A stretch of DNA of 64,000 nt from Caldisericia bacterium (GTDB lineage: Bacteria; Caldisericota; Caldisericia; JAAYUI01), in NCBI GenBank assembly GCA_963674785.1, contig OY771555.1:1088001-1152000 (forward strand), given 5' to 3'. The notes beneath the pieces are model-generated. The model was given only the letters and a program-made list of their open reading frames with translations. It was not told where the DNA came from and ran no database searches. The position numbers and the translations under genes are program-made. Positions 49,601 through 57,881 of this stretch are shown piece after piece. Every line of letters starts with the position of its first letter. The first letter of the stretch is position 1.

Positions 49601-50231
49601 TTGCATCCTTATTACCAATCTGCAGTTCTATTCTTGTACCGTCTCTTGTTGTAACAACAACAGTCTTAGAAGTACCAACCCATTCAAGCATTGTCCCTGG
49701 AATCTCTTCTGTAACATATCTTACAACAAGGAATAGTCTTGAATTAACATTAACAGGAGGAGTATCCATTGGCCCCTTCTGTTCCCCATTTGCAAAATAC
49801 ATCACATTATCCTGCTGATACCTAAGCACTAACTTACACTCATCAGGGTCAGGTTCAGTATAACAAGACGGAACAGCACATGCTTCATTGCTCCTTGCAA
49901 ATTCAGCAGCATCAGCTCCTAAAGCAGTCACATAGTAACAATACTCCTGACCATCTTTTATGTTAATCTCATCCTTAAAAGAGGTCTCCATTATAGGAAA
50001 ATCAAGTAGTGGTGTCTCAAACTCTTCACCTGCACCAAACCCCCTATAGATGAAATACTGTGTAGCACCAGCAACCTCATCCCAAGAAAGCATGTTAAAC
50101 CCACAGCCTGGTGTTACCTCCAGGTTGAAGGATGACTCCTGGGCGTTCATCCCGCCAATTCCGAGCATTGAAAAAACCAAGACCAGACCAGTAAGAACCG
50201 ATAAAAGTTTCCTTTTCATTATTTCCTCCAA
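46602..50231 (-). CDS. Secreted FN3-like + stalk domain + 11 Cys-rich repeats (likely start MKRK at 50219)
   Basis: Signal peptide; WDEVAGATQYFIYRG...YCYYVTA FN3-like unit; GRTLLPMRFVAE; repeated C.C..I...G.C..CG units. Confidence 0.8.
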   Translation of the reverse strand: MEEIMKRKLLSVLTGLVLVFSMLGIGGMNAQESSFNLEVTPGCGFNMLSWDEVAGATQYFIYRGFGAGEEFETPLLDFPIMETSFKDEINIKDGQEYCYYVTALGADAAEFARSNEACAVPSCYTEPDPDECKLVLRYQQDNVMYFANGEQKGPMDTPPVNVNSRLFLVVRYVTEEIPGTMLEWVGTSKTVVVTTRDGTRIELQIGNKDAKINGEVIQIDPNNPEVVPFIENGRTLLPMRFVAENLGATGPDDIRWYGDTKTVELRFDDPECGKCEWIAGRVLEKEKTYYLASVTQDSFFDVFVELCGGKKRIIYLKDDLKAENSKDMLSAYSGNANFCFRESGDLAKWEAFPQDEDICEEEIMPEQVCVCIQVENKECSDEGILVMGKTCTGIDYVVSLPQTDSDTCSQIQVGRCYEFCGVMTFTLADRKLLPAESFTEVDCPCPCEGCTWIIGEITDVQSFVTGSMRIYAVSVETCEDGPQTYSASSNMTDMLEGIEISDFEGCANICINQDGVIVRWIALPDLADCCSDEEPPPPERIIECICLEIVRGDCRNFNGIDPEGKMWNLGFSENPDLCDEIEIGRFYEFCGEVTRITHEGLGLTGISMQVTSVTPQEEPCETNCNWIKGEINATMSKTGSYTSVFISECGGWDRILTTRNNHYDIGRTQTIETYTGCASFCLEEDDKTIRMWRIEDEDCCPDSTCVEITIERVNCDSALPVVYGTSTSNEEDVYRLNLTDPTLCEELSEGMCISACGFITEETEDRTVIQTKNIRIITCPPSDTITGCMCIQVVSSDCTSDPLTVNAVDIYRNDVFLTFEADRTTFCERFTEGSYWEVCGEFTYTRGPDSTAIPHIAVESALPLDSPCTAMCTYIQIDNITTLEDPTESFATGHDLSYTRWTLHFDDDPTLVDSLVPGNCYTVCGNRTSPGEYEVRISGEEEMDVISVTPVECVELPPYTCLCLEIDTVDTSTTPPTVNAVSGTYGIPIPITLNLEDMEPTSYEEIAEGQFWEVCGTIAMYRTGETEIRVMEMTEREEPCEIRIPGCLCITITSTGSRIRGFDRTGHTWSVMMANGDSILNPDIEVGECWRFCGFRTPIDAGDETRIIMGNEFYMISSEEVECPCAEPERECFTGEIEFIQCGIGAGDAGTMLVIRISAGNRKMVYIPAELGIICSDLVEGTCVRVCGTASVPGSPLVILDEFTIVDCE
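49423..50048. repeat. ~626-bp direct repeat, copy 1 (copy 2 at 53068-53693)
   Basis: No mismatch found on manual comparison; near-identity continues to about 50133/53778. Offset 3645 bp. Confidence 0.9.
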
Positions 50232-53200
50232 CTAGATTGCTTGGAAATACTCAGAGCTTGCAGTTTCTTTTGTTGGTTCTGTTATCGTGACTCTGAGAGT
50301 TAGCTGTATTTCTCGAACATCTTCTGGAACTCCATACATCTCACAGCAATGACAGTCGTTTAATGTATAATTGATGGTAGCCTCATGGGTGCCAATCATT
50401 GATTTTGGGTTATCAGGACTTCCTGTAAATCTTATATAGACATTTTTATCATCGGTCTTTTTGGTTATTGGGGAGACTTCCTTTTCAATAATCGAGAATC
50501 TTGATTTTATGAGGGATTCTTTATCTTCAGGCAGTTTAATACTTACGCTGCCCCATTCTATTCTTTTTTCAGCCACTGGTTCATAACAAGCGTTTTGAAC
50601 CGTGTCTCGCAAGTCAAACCCAATATCAAGATGGTCGAGAGGATTATATCTTGTGCCATCAGGTAATAGTTCGTATGCATCAGTTTGAATTTCGAGAGAG
50701 ATTTGACCATTTGAATTTGGGGTAGCAATTACATCTGGGTTAACATTTCTAAGTTCCGGGATCAATATTGGTTTGTGATTATTGTTGATCGTTACAAAAA
50801 CGTCTTCAGCAGCTTTCCTGATGTTTTCTACATAATATCTAAGTTCGAATGTCATTCCCTTTGTTCGAATGTTTATGTTTGCATCGTAACTTCGAGTGTA
50901 TGTTTCATCATCAGTTTCTACGGTTGCAACAGCTTGGATTGGAACTTCAACAAATGCTGGGAGCCCACCTTCAGTTAACATGTATCCATTTGCGTCCAAA
51001 GGTTGTTTTCTAAGACCAAATGCAGATACGGCGGTATAAACTTCCACTTCTTCAAATGGGTCTAAATCAACGGTTAGAGTTTCATATGTTCTCGCTCCTG
51101 ATTCAGAAAATTTGCTGAATTTTACATGTTTTCTTTCACCGCATTTATCGAGTGATGACTCATCATCGCAGGATAATCTTATTTGTGTTGGGTGTATGCT
51201 AAAATTCTTGACTTTCAGTTTTCTGTAATAATCGTTTTCAAAATCAATATGTTGACAATTACAGAAATCGTATATCAATTCAGAAGCATCTAGCCCAACA
51301 GCCACAGGATTTAGCCTTATTAAGTCTGGGTCAACTATCTCCTCCCCATCCTCTCCTGGAATCAAAACCTCATACCCAGGTAAAATAGCCATCATGTCTG
51401 ATGATCTCCAGTACTGAGGGAATGATTGATGATATGTCTGAGAACCGTCATCATGGTCTTTCCAAAATCCTGCTGCAGCCCAGTCATTTGCAAGGGCGTA
51501 ATCATATGCGGTTTTCCAAGAATAGTTTCCTGGTGTTGCAGTCAGTTGGTCTCTTAGGCTGATATTGAATGGGGTAGAAAAAGAACCTCCCGTTTCTTCG
51601 CCATATGTATCATAATGGGCATATCTCCAGCTTCCCCATCCATTTCCAACATCATTAGATGCCGTAGCAAGACAGACAGCATCAAGACCAGTTGTTTTAA
51701 GCTCATCATTGAAATCATCGACAAATTCACCAGCATGACAGGTTCCAAGCATCACTCTGATTGTTGGTTTTTGTTGCCAACCACAGGCTGCATTGATTCT
51801 TTTTACCTGGGCAGTAAACCATGTATCATCAAGCCAATTCCCGCTGTATGAACAGATATATCCGGGAACGTTGTCATCTTCAGATGCCTCTGCACCAAAT
51901 CTTGAACCGTGATCAGAAACCAGAATGTATATCTCTGGGTCAACATCAGGATGGGCTTCAATGTCGGCAACTATTGCATCAATTGCGTTCTCAAAGTTTG
52001 CTTTTGTTGCTGCTTTAACCCTCCAGGTTTCGCCAACCCTCCACTTATCCTGTGCCTGATTCTCCATCAGAGTTCGATAAAGTGCATCAGTCCAGTCGAA
52101 ATTAAATGGATTTCCATCGCCATCATCTGCACTGATGAGGTCAATCTCATTGTCTCCTCTTCCAAAAAGAACATGTATGTTCAATTTGCAAATACCAAGT
52201 GAGAGCAAAGTATCATAACCTCTTATTGAATCAGCGACAAAATCTGCTCTTAATCTCTCATATGAATACTCAACACCATTGTTTTCAGCATGTTGTGCGT
52301 TTGTGCCACCTGTAAACATTATTCCATATTTTCCGCCACAAATTATGTCTGCAATACTTCTTTCTGGTGCAAGCACCATCTCCGGCATTTTCGCGATTTC
52401 TATCTTTTGAATTATGCTGAAATCTTTCAATTTAAGAACTGGTGTGATATCTGTCGATTTTTCCTTTTCAACTTTGCAAGAGATGTATGTTCCTGTTTCT
52501 ATGAATGTATCTTTTGGAAGTTTTATATGAACTGTAGTTCCGGCAGGAGGGGCTTGTCTTTCGAAAATCTGCCAGTAATCAGAAAACAACATTGGGTATG
52601 GTTCATGTGTAAAGAATCCTTGAATGGTCTCTTCATCGTCCTCTTTCAATTTTGACAAATCCAACTCTGTGATTCTCTTTATTCCCTCGAGTGGGGTGAG
52701 GAGTGGTCCAAAGAGTCCTTCCTCTGGAAGTCTTTCTTGAGTTTTATCGGCTTCAAATGCATAGAAATACATAATACCTGGATCAAGTTCTAGTACCCAT
52801 GAGAATTTTGTTGCTGTTCCATTTTCTGGAGCAAGTACTGTGACAACTGGTTTACCTGCTTCGATATTATAGAAGTTATCTCCAAGGATAGCTCCGCCAC
52901 GTTTTCCAGAAATAGATATGTCTTTTGAGCCTTGTTTTTTTGAAAGCAACAGGTCAACGGTTGGAATAGATTCACCTGACGAACTGTAATACGTTGCTGA
53001 AATCCTGAATCTACCGTCAGGAAGTTCCTCAGCAACTGGGTCAAGAATACCATTTTTATCACACATCGGATCATCAAACCTAAGCTCAACAGTCTTAGTA
53101 TCCCCATACCATCTAATATCATCTGGTCCTGTTGCACCTAAGTTCTCTGCAACAAACCTCATTGGTAATAGTGTTCTTCCATTCTCAATAAATGGAACTA

Positions 53201-53861
53201 CCTCTGGATTATTAGGGTCAATCTGTATAACCTCACCATTTATCTTTGCATCCTTATTACCAATCTGCAGTTCTATTCTTGTACCGTCTCTTGTTGTAAC
53301 AACAACAGTCTTAGAAGTACCAACCCATTCAAGCATTGTCCCTGGAATCTCTTCTGTAACATATCTTACAACAAGGAATAGTCTTGAATTAACATTAACA
53401 GGAGGAGTATCCATTGGCCCCTTCTGTTCCCCATTTGCAAAATACATCACATTATCCTGCTGATACCTAAGCACTAACTTACACTCATCAGGGTCAGGTT
53501 CAGTATAACAAGACGGAACAGCACATGCTTCATTGCTCCTTGCAAATTCAGCAGCATCAGCTCCTAAAGCAGTCACATAGTAACAATACTCCTGACCATC
53601 TTTTATGTTAATCTCATCCTTAAAAGAGGTCTCCATTATAGGAAAATCAAGTAGTGGTGTCTCAAACTCTTCACCTGCACCAAACCCCCTATAAATGAAG
53701 TACTGTGTAGCACCAGCAACCTCATCCCAAGTAAGCATATTAAACCCACAGCCTGGTGTAACCTCCAGGTTGAAGGATTTTTCTTGGGCATCAATACTGA
53801 ATCCAAAGCTAAACACCAAAATCAGTGCAAGCACCAAAGTTGCAAATCTTCTCATATGCAC
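50232..53861 (-). CDS. Secreted FN3-like + stalk domain + clan CD (C13 legumain/caspase-like) peptidase
   Basis: Same N-terminal module as 46602; KYGIMFTGG, ATKANF, ILVSDHG (His), MLGTCHAG (Cys), LATAS. Confidence 0.75.
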   Translation of the reverse strand: MHMRRFATLVLALILVFSFGFSIDAQEKSFNLEVTPGCGFNMLTWDEVAGATQYFIYRGFGAGEEFETPLLDFPIMETSFKDEINIKDGQEYCYYVTALGADAAEFARSNEACAVPSCYTEPDPDECKLVLRYQQDNVMYFANGEQKGPMDTPPVNVNSRLFLVVRYVTEEIPGTMLEWVGTSKTVVVTTRDGTRIELQIGNKDAKINGEVIQIDPNNPEVVPFIENGRTLLPMRFVAENLGATGPDDIRWYGDTKTVELRFDDPMCDKNGILDPVAEELPDGRFRISATYYSSSGESIPTVDLLLSKKQGSKDISISGKRGGAILGDNFYNIEAGKPVVTVLAPENGTATKFSWVLELDPGIMYFYAFEADKTQERLPEEGLFGPLLTPLEGIKRITELDLSKLKEDDEETIQGFFTHEPYPMLFSDYWQIFERQAPPAGTTVHIKLPKDTFIETGTYISCKVEKEKSTDITPVLKLKDFSIIQKIEIAKMPEMVLAPERSIADIICGGKYGIMFTGGTNAQHAENNGVEYSYERLRADFVADSIRGYDTLLSLGICKLNIHVLFGRGDNEIDLISADDGDGNPFNFDWTDALYRTLMENQAQDKWRVGETWRVKAATKANFENAIDAIVADIEAHPDVDPEIYILVSDHGSRFGAEASEDDNVPGYICSYSGNWLDDTWFTAQVKRINAACGWQQKPTIRVMLGTCHAGEFVDDFNDELKTTGLDAVCLATASNDVGNGWGSWRYAHYDTYGEETGGSFSTPFNISLRDQLTATPGNYSWKTAYDYALANDWAAAGFWKDHDDGSQTYHQSFPQYWRSSDMMAILPGYEVLIPGEDGEEIVDPDLIRLNPVAVGLDASELIYDFCNCQHIDFENDYYRKLKVKNFSIHPTQIRLSCDDESSLDKCGERKHVKFSKFSESGARTYETLTVDLDPFEEVEVYTAVSAFGLRKQPLDANGYMLTEGGLPAFVEVPIQAVATVETDDETYTRSYDANINIRTKGMTFELRYYVENIRKAAEDVFVTINNNHKPILIPELRNVNPDVIATPNSNGQISLEIQTDAYELLPDGTRYNPLDHLDIGFDLRDTVQNACYEPVAEKRIEWGSVSIKLPEDKESLIKSRFSIIEKEVSPITKKTDDKNVYIRFTGSPDNPKSMIGTHEATINYTLNDCHCCEMYGVPEDVREIQLTLRVTITEPTKETASSEYFQAI
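53068..53693. repeat. ~626-bp direct repeat, copy 2
   Basis: Matches 49423-50048. Confidence 0.9.
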
Positions 53862-54067
53862 CCCCTTATTGTGCGGTGACTTTTTAGAAAATGTGTTGAG
53901 GATATCCAGACAACTCTATTGTGTATTTGACATTACCAGGATTAATGATGAGTCTCTTGAATTTTTGCATACCTCACCTCACATATTCTTTGGCTACTAT
54001 TGTAGCACAGATTTGTCGATTTTGGTCGTGTAGTAGTTGACAAATAGTTGATAATGCTTAAAAGGCT

Positions 54068-55546
54068 TTATTTTGTTGCCTTGATGGAAAATACCAATGG
54101 TATCGGGTCTCCTTCTGCTCGATATTCCCTGTCAGCAACTTTTTTCAAAAACTTGTGACTATTATATCCGATATAGTCGTATTCTTTGAATTCTTTTATG
54201 GTGAGACCAGCTTTTATGAGAGAATTGATAATATCTCCAAGGGTGTGAACCCACTCGTATGATCTGGAATTTTTAATAATCGTTCCATCAGCATATGATC
54301 TGTCATCATCATATCCTTGAGGTGTCCCATCAGAAAAATACTTGTATTTGACTTTCATTTCACCTGATTCACCATCAAACAGGTAACCAAATGGATGGAA
54401 TTCAACAATGAAGAATGTTCCACCAGGTCTTAAAAAGTGGCTCACAATCTCTCCCCATTTGTCAATATCTTTCAGCCAACAAAGAACACCGTATGAGGTG
54501 AAAACATAGTCAAACTTTCCAGTCAGATTTTCTTTCAAATCAAAGATATTGCTCTGCACAAAGTTTGCAGGAATGGATAATTCTTTTGATAATGACCTTG
54601 CAAGGGTTATCGCTTTGTCGGAAAAATCGACTCCTGTAACTTCTGCACCCATTCTTGCAAAGCTCAATGTGCTCATTCCAAAATGACACTGAAGGTGGAG
54701 CAGGCTTTTATCTGCAACATCTCCAAATGCGTTTTTTTCAATCTTATCAAGTGCAAGATATTCGGAATTGCTTTTGAATTCTGGGAGGTTGTACATCTTT
54801 GATCTGCTGTTTGCATCAACAAGTTCATTCCATCTTTTAAGGTTTGTTTTTTCTTCGAGTGTGGTTGTGTTTGATGTGTTAAAAGGATCAAAGCTATTTA
54901 CGCTAACATCTTCTGTTTTTGATGCTCTAGTTTTTTCAAATTCTTTTAGTGCCTGGAAAGTTTCAAAAATAAAATTTGGAAATGGATCCACTGTTCTTGA
55001 TGTAAGCATAAAAGGTGGGATATCTGGATTAATGTCGACTCCCTTTATTTTTTGATAGTCGTCAATTCTTTCAACAAAGAGGTATTCTGTATCATCAAAT
55101 CTATCTTGGTCTCTATGGAGGATGATTAAGCATAAGCAGAAAAAGAGCTGAGCTCCTCTTCCGCCTCTTGCCTGGATATATCCATAAAATTCAAAATTTT
55201 TTCCATCAAACATCTTCTCTTTATTTTTGAATATTTTGAGTCCTGTTAAGCTTTGAATCTCAAATCTCATTTCTTTGCAGGATGTTGTTCCGCCAATCGC
55301 ATAGGCAACGGCATAAATTGCGAGACAACCAAATATTATACCAATAAAAACAAGAGGAATTGAGTCTGAATCTATACTCTCAAATCCTCGAAAAATGAAT
55401 ACCAGAAGGGCAATAAAAACAACAATAGCAAATGACCAGATGAAAGCGTTTTTTATTCTTTCATCCTCAAAAATGATTTTCCCCTCAAATTTTTGCATGC
55501 TCATTAATATACAAAAAAATCTTTCTTTTGAAACTTTATTCTTCAA
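54068..55546 (-). CDS. Membrane-domain + class I SAM methyltransferase fusion
   Basis: N-terminal 2-TM domain paralogous to the 55536 product; C-terminal LLHLQCHFG, GVDFS, FTSYGVLCWL, LRPGG..EFHP, EWVHTLGD. Confidence 0.8.
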   Translation of the reverse strand: MKNKVSKERFFCILMSMQKFEGKIIFEDERIKNAFIWSFAIVVFIALLVFIFRGFESIDSDSIPLVFIGIIFGCLAIYAVAYAIGGTTSCKEMRFEIQSLTGLKIFKNKEKMFDGKNFEFYGYIQARGGRGAQLFFCLCLIILHRDQDRFDDTEYLFVERIDDYQKIKGVDINPDIPPFMLTSRTVDPFPNFIFETFQALKEFEKTRASKTEDVSVNSFDPFNTSNTTTLEEKTNLKRWNELVDANSRSKMYNLPEFKSNSEYLALDKIEKNAFGDVADKSLLHLQCHFGMSTLSFARMGAEVTGVDFSDKAITLARSLSKELSIPANFVQSNIFDLKENLTGKFDYVFTSYGVLCWLKDIDKWGEIVSHFLRPGGTFFIVEFHPFGYLFDGESGEMKVKYKYFSDGTPQGYDDDRSYADGTIIKNSRSYEWVHTLGDIINSLIKAGLTIKEFKEYDYIGYNSHKFLKKVADREYRAEGDPIPLVFSIKATK

Positions 55547-56171
55547 ATGGATTATCAGATTTTTTATTAATCTGGCTTCCTGGCTGATTGCTCCATTCTA
55601 AAAGTGTGTTGTATGCTTCAAACACAAATGATGGGTGCTGTTCTAGTGTTTTTGCGGTTATTCCCTCAAGTATGTTTGTTTCACTGCTTTCGATATTTGA
55701 AATATTTGTCCCAGGTTTTATTTCTTCTGAATATGAATACTCATTTCCTTTTTCATCGAAAACTCGCAGAGTAAAAAATGATGATACCTTTGTACTTTTG
55801 TAGGCACTGAAATTAGCCAATACTCCTTCAAAAAGAAAATTATCACTATTGAATAATTCATTATCTGCGTGGTGTATTATAAGTTTTTTCTTTATGAAAT
55901 CAAAATTGAATGTAACTGTTCGGATCGATTTATTCCTGTAAAAAAGAAGACTGAATGAAATAGAAATCAAAGCAACCATGGAAAGAAGCCAAATAACGGT
56001 TTTGAAAGTTGGTGTTTTTTGAGGTGTAAAGTTTGTAATTCCAATAATTGATCCAAGAATAATTATAGCAATAAAGAAGATAAATATTGCCAGATATTCC
56101 TTTTCACTGACAAAGTCCATTTTTCCCTCAAACTTTTTTATCATTTTTCCCTCCTTTGAGGTTTTTGACAC
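55536..56171 (-). CDS. Two-TM hypothetical membrane protein (likely start MIKK at 56144)
   Basis: SD AGGAGG; two hydrophobic helices; resembles the N-terminus of 54068. Confidence 0.65.
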   Translation of the reverse strand: MSKTSKEGKMIKKFEGKMDFVSEKEYLAIFIFFIAIIILGSIIGITNFTPQKTPTFKTVIWLLSMVALISISFSLLFYRNKSIRTVTFNFDFIKKKLIIHHADNELFNSDNFLFEGVLANFSAYKSTKVSSFFTLRVFDEKGNEYSYSEEIKPGTNISNIESSETNILEGITAKTLEQHPSFVFEAYNTLLEWSNQPGSQINKKSDNPFEE

Positions 56172-56926
56172 AATGGATAGATTTTTGGTTATTAATTTTT
56201 GAAGGTTTTGCTATACTTTTAAATATGAAAAAATCACTCCCGAGCAAAAATGGAATCTCCGAAGATTTTGACAAGATTGCAAAGAAATACGATCTTACAA
56301 ATCGAGTGATCTCGCTTGGTTTCGATATTTCCTGGCGAAAAAAACTCTTGAAACTGATTGATGCAAAATATAATGCGAAGATTATTGACCTTGCCTGTGG
56401 GACGGGTGATGTTTCATTCATGCTTTTTGATAAGTTCCCTCAAAGTGAAATCATCGGCGCTGATTTATCTGAGGGAATGCTTGCAGTTGCAAAACACAAA
56501 GCCGCAAAACGCGGAATAAAAGATATTGAATTTGTCAAAGCTGATATTTTGGATATGCCGTTTGATGACACCCGATTTGATGTCTCCACGATGGTTTTTG
56601 GTCTCAGAAACCTTCCTGATCTTGAAGCTGGATTAAAAGAAATTAGCCGTGTCATGAAACCTTCTGGGAGGTGCTATTTTATGGAGTTTTCAGTCCCAAG
56701 AAATCCCATCATGAGACTCCTTCACAGGATTTATATTGAAGCATTCATCCCTGTTATTGGTTCATATTTGACCGGAGATGTTGACATGTATCAGTATCTT
56801 GGAACAACAATCAAAGAGCTTCCACAACCAGAGCAGATTGTAGAGATGATGAAAAAACACTTCACAGGGGCAGAGTTTAAGAGAATCTTTATGGGGATGG
56901 TTACTATTTATTTATTGGTGAAGTAG
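56156..56926 (+). CDS. menG: UbiE/MenG family methyltransferase (likely start MKKS at 56225)
   Basis: FDKIAKKYDLTNRVISLG...WR, IDLACGTGD, FGLRN, RVMKPSG..MEFS, YQYL. Confidence 0.85.
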   Translation: MRFLTQWIDFWLLIFEGFAILLNMKKSLPSKNGISEDFDKIAKKYDLTNRVISLGFDISWRKKLLKLIDAKYNAKIIDLACGTGDVSFMLFDKFPQSEIIGADLSEGMLAVAKHKAAKRGIKDIEFVKADILDMPFDDTRFDVSTMVFGLRNLPDLEAGLKEISRVMKPSGRCYFMEFSVPRNPIMRLLHRIYIEAFIPVIGSYLTGDVDMYQYLGTTIKELPQPEQIVEMMKKHFTGAEFKRIFMGMVTIYLLVK

Positions 56927-56930
56927 GAGG

Positions 56931-56958
56931 TTGACAAAGTATAAAAATATGGTACCAT
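56931..56958 (+). promoter_or_regulatory. Sigma70-type promoter for a small RNA
   Basis: TTGACA(56931-56936)-16 nt-TACCAT(56953-56958) with an extended -10 TG; no plus-strand ORF follows. Confidence 0.7.
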
Positions 56959-56963
56959 ATGGG

Positions 56964-57029
56964 TAATCCAGTTGATCTGGAGGTGGGTGGCGGTTGCCAT
57001 CGGACGTCCTCTTTGAAGGGCGTTTTTTT
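56964..57029 (+). ncRNA. Putative DUF3800-associated small structured RNA
   Basis: Three consecutive hairpins (TCCAG/CTGGA; GGTGGC/GCCATC; GACGTCCT/AGGGCGTT) ending in a T7 tract that overlaps the last stem; G-U pairs favour the plus strand; adjacent to the DUF3800 gene. Confidence 0.65.
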
Positions 57030-57819
57030 ATAGCATCTTTTTTCCGTAAGTGTAACCATTATTTTTATCGTATTTATCATTCATAATTGAGAATAATTTC
57101 TTTGAAAAATCTGTTATTTTTCCATGTGTATGGTTCTGTTCTGATAAGATTTGTTTTCTACTATCGTGAACTAAAATATCTGCAATTTGTAGTCCTGTAA
57201 GATTTTTATCTTTTTTACTCATTTTCAGTTCTATAGAGGATAGAGAATTTTGCACGACCATTGGTGACAAATACTCTGTGCCTGTTAAAATCATATGTTT
57301 GTAAGACTCCTTTAAGCCTTTGTCTTCTGGTTTTCCTCTTGATTCCGCGAGTATATCACCGGTAGTATTCTCCCTTTTCAGGAAATAAATATATTTTTCG
57401 CTCAACACTCGCATTGAGTATTCGTATGCGTTGTAGGCAAAACTTTTGTAAGTGTCGAGATGTCTTTTTTTGTCAATACAAACTGAAATTAATGTGTAAT
57501 CAGTTTCTGTTAGGAAATTCAAGAGATCGTTATCAAATCTCGATTTAATATCTGCATCAAGTAGAGTAGAGAAATGACCTTTTGCTTTCTGTATCTCTTT
57601 TCTATGAAAGATTATTTTTTTAGAATGACTATTTTGAAAGTATTTAGTTTTCAATTCTTCAAGTGCAGGTGTAACAATCTTTTTTTCATATTCAAGATTC
57701 AAAATAACTCCTGATAAGCAAAGGAATCTTTCGTTCTGGTCTAGGTTTGGTTTAAGAGATGAATTTCCTGATTCATCAACATACATTCTGTATTCAGGTT
57801 TTTTCGCATTACCGTACAC
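57028..57819 (-). CDS. DUF3800 domain protein (predicted RNase H-like fold)
   Basis: N-terminal MYVDESG, FHRKEI, ESRGK.ED and C-terminal GLQIADI (QxAD) signature. Confidence 0.85.
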   Translation of the reverse strand: MYGNAKKPEYRMYVDESGNSSLKPNLDQNERFLCLSGVILNLEYEKKIVTPALEELKTKYFQNSHSKKIIFHRKEIQKAKGHFSTLLDADIKSRFDNDLLNFLTETDYTLISVCIDKKRHLDTYKSFAYNAYEYSMRVLSEKYIYFLKRENTTGDILAESRGKPEDKGLKESYKHMILTGTEYLSPMVVQNSLSSIELKMSKKDKNLTGLQIADILVHDSRKQILSEQNHTHGKITDFSKKLFSIMNDKYDKNNGYTYGKKML

Positions 57820-57833
57820 ATTTACTCCCCATC

Positions 57834-57864
57834 AAAAAAGGGTGAGAATTTCTCTCACCCTTTT
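57834..57864 (-). terminator. Intrinsic terminator of the GlcD/GlcF-like operon, directly upstream of DUF3800
   Basis: AAAAGGGTGAGA-ATTTC-TCTCACCCTTTT; the A6 at 57834-57839 gives a U tract on the minus strand. Confidence 0.8.
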
Positions 57865-57881
57865 GTTATCTTAAAACCAGT

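Noticed and set aside
46602-53861. Both adjacent ORFs are exactly 1209 aa
   Set aside because: Coincidence of ORF-caller starts; the likely starts differ and the repeat offset (3645) is not the ORF length (3630).
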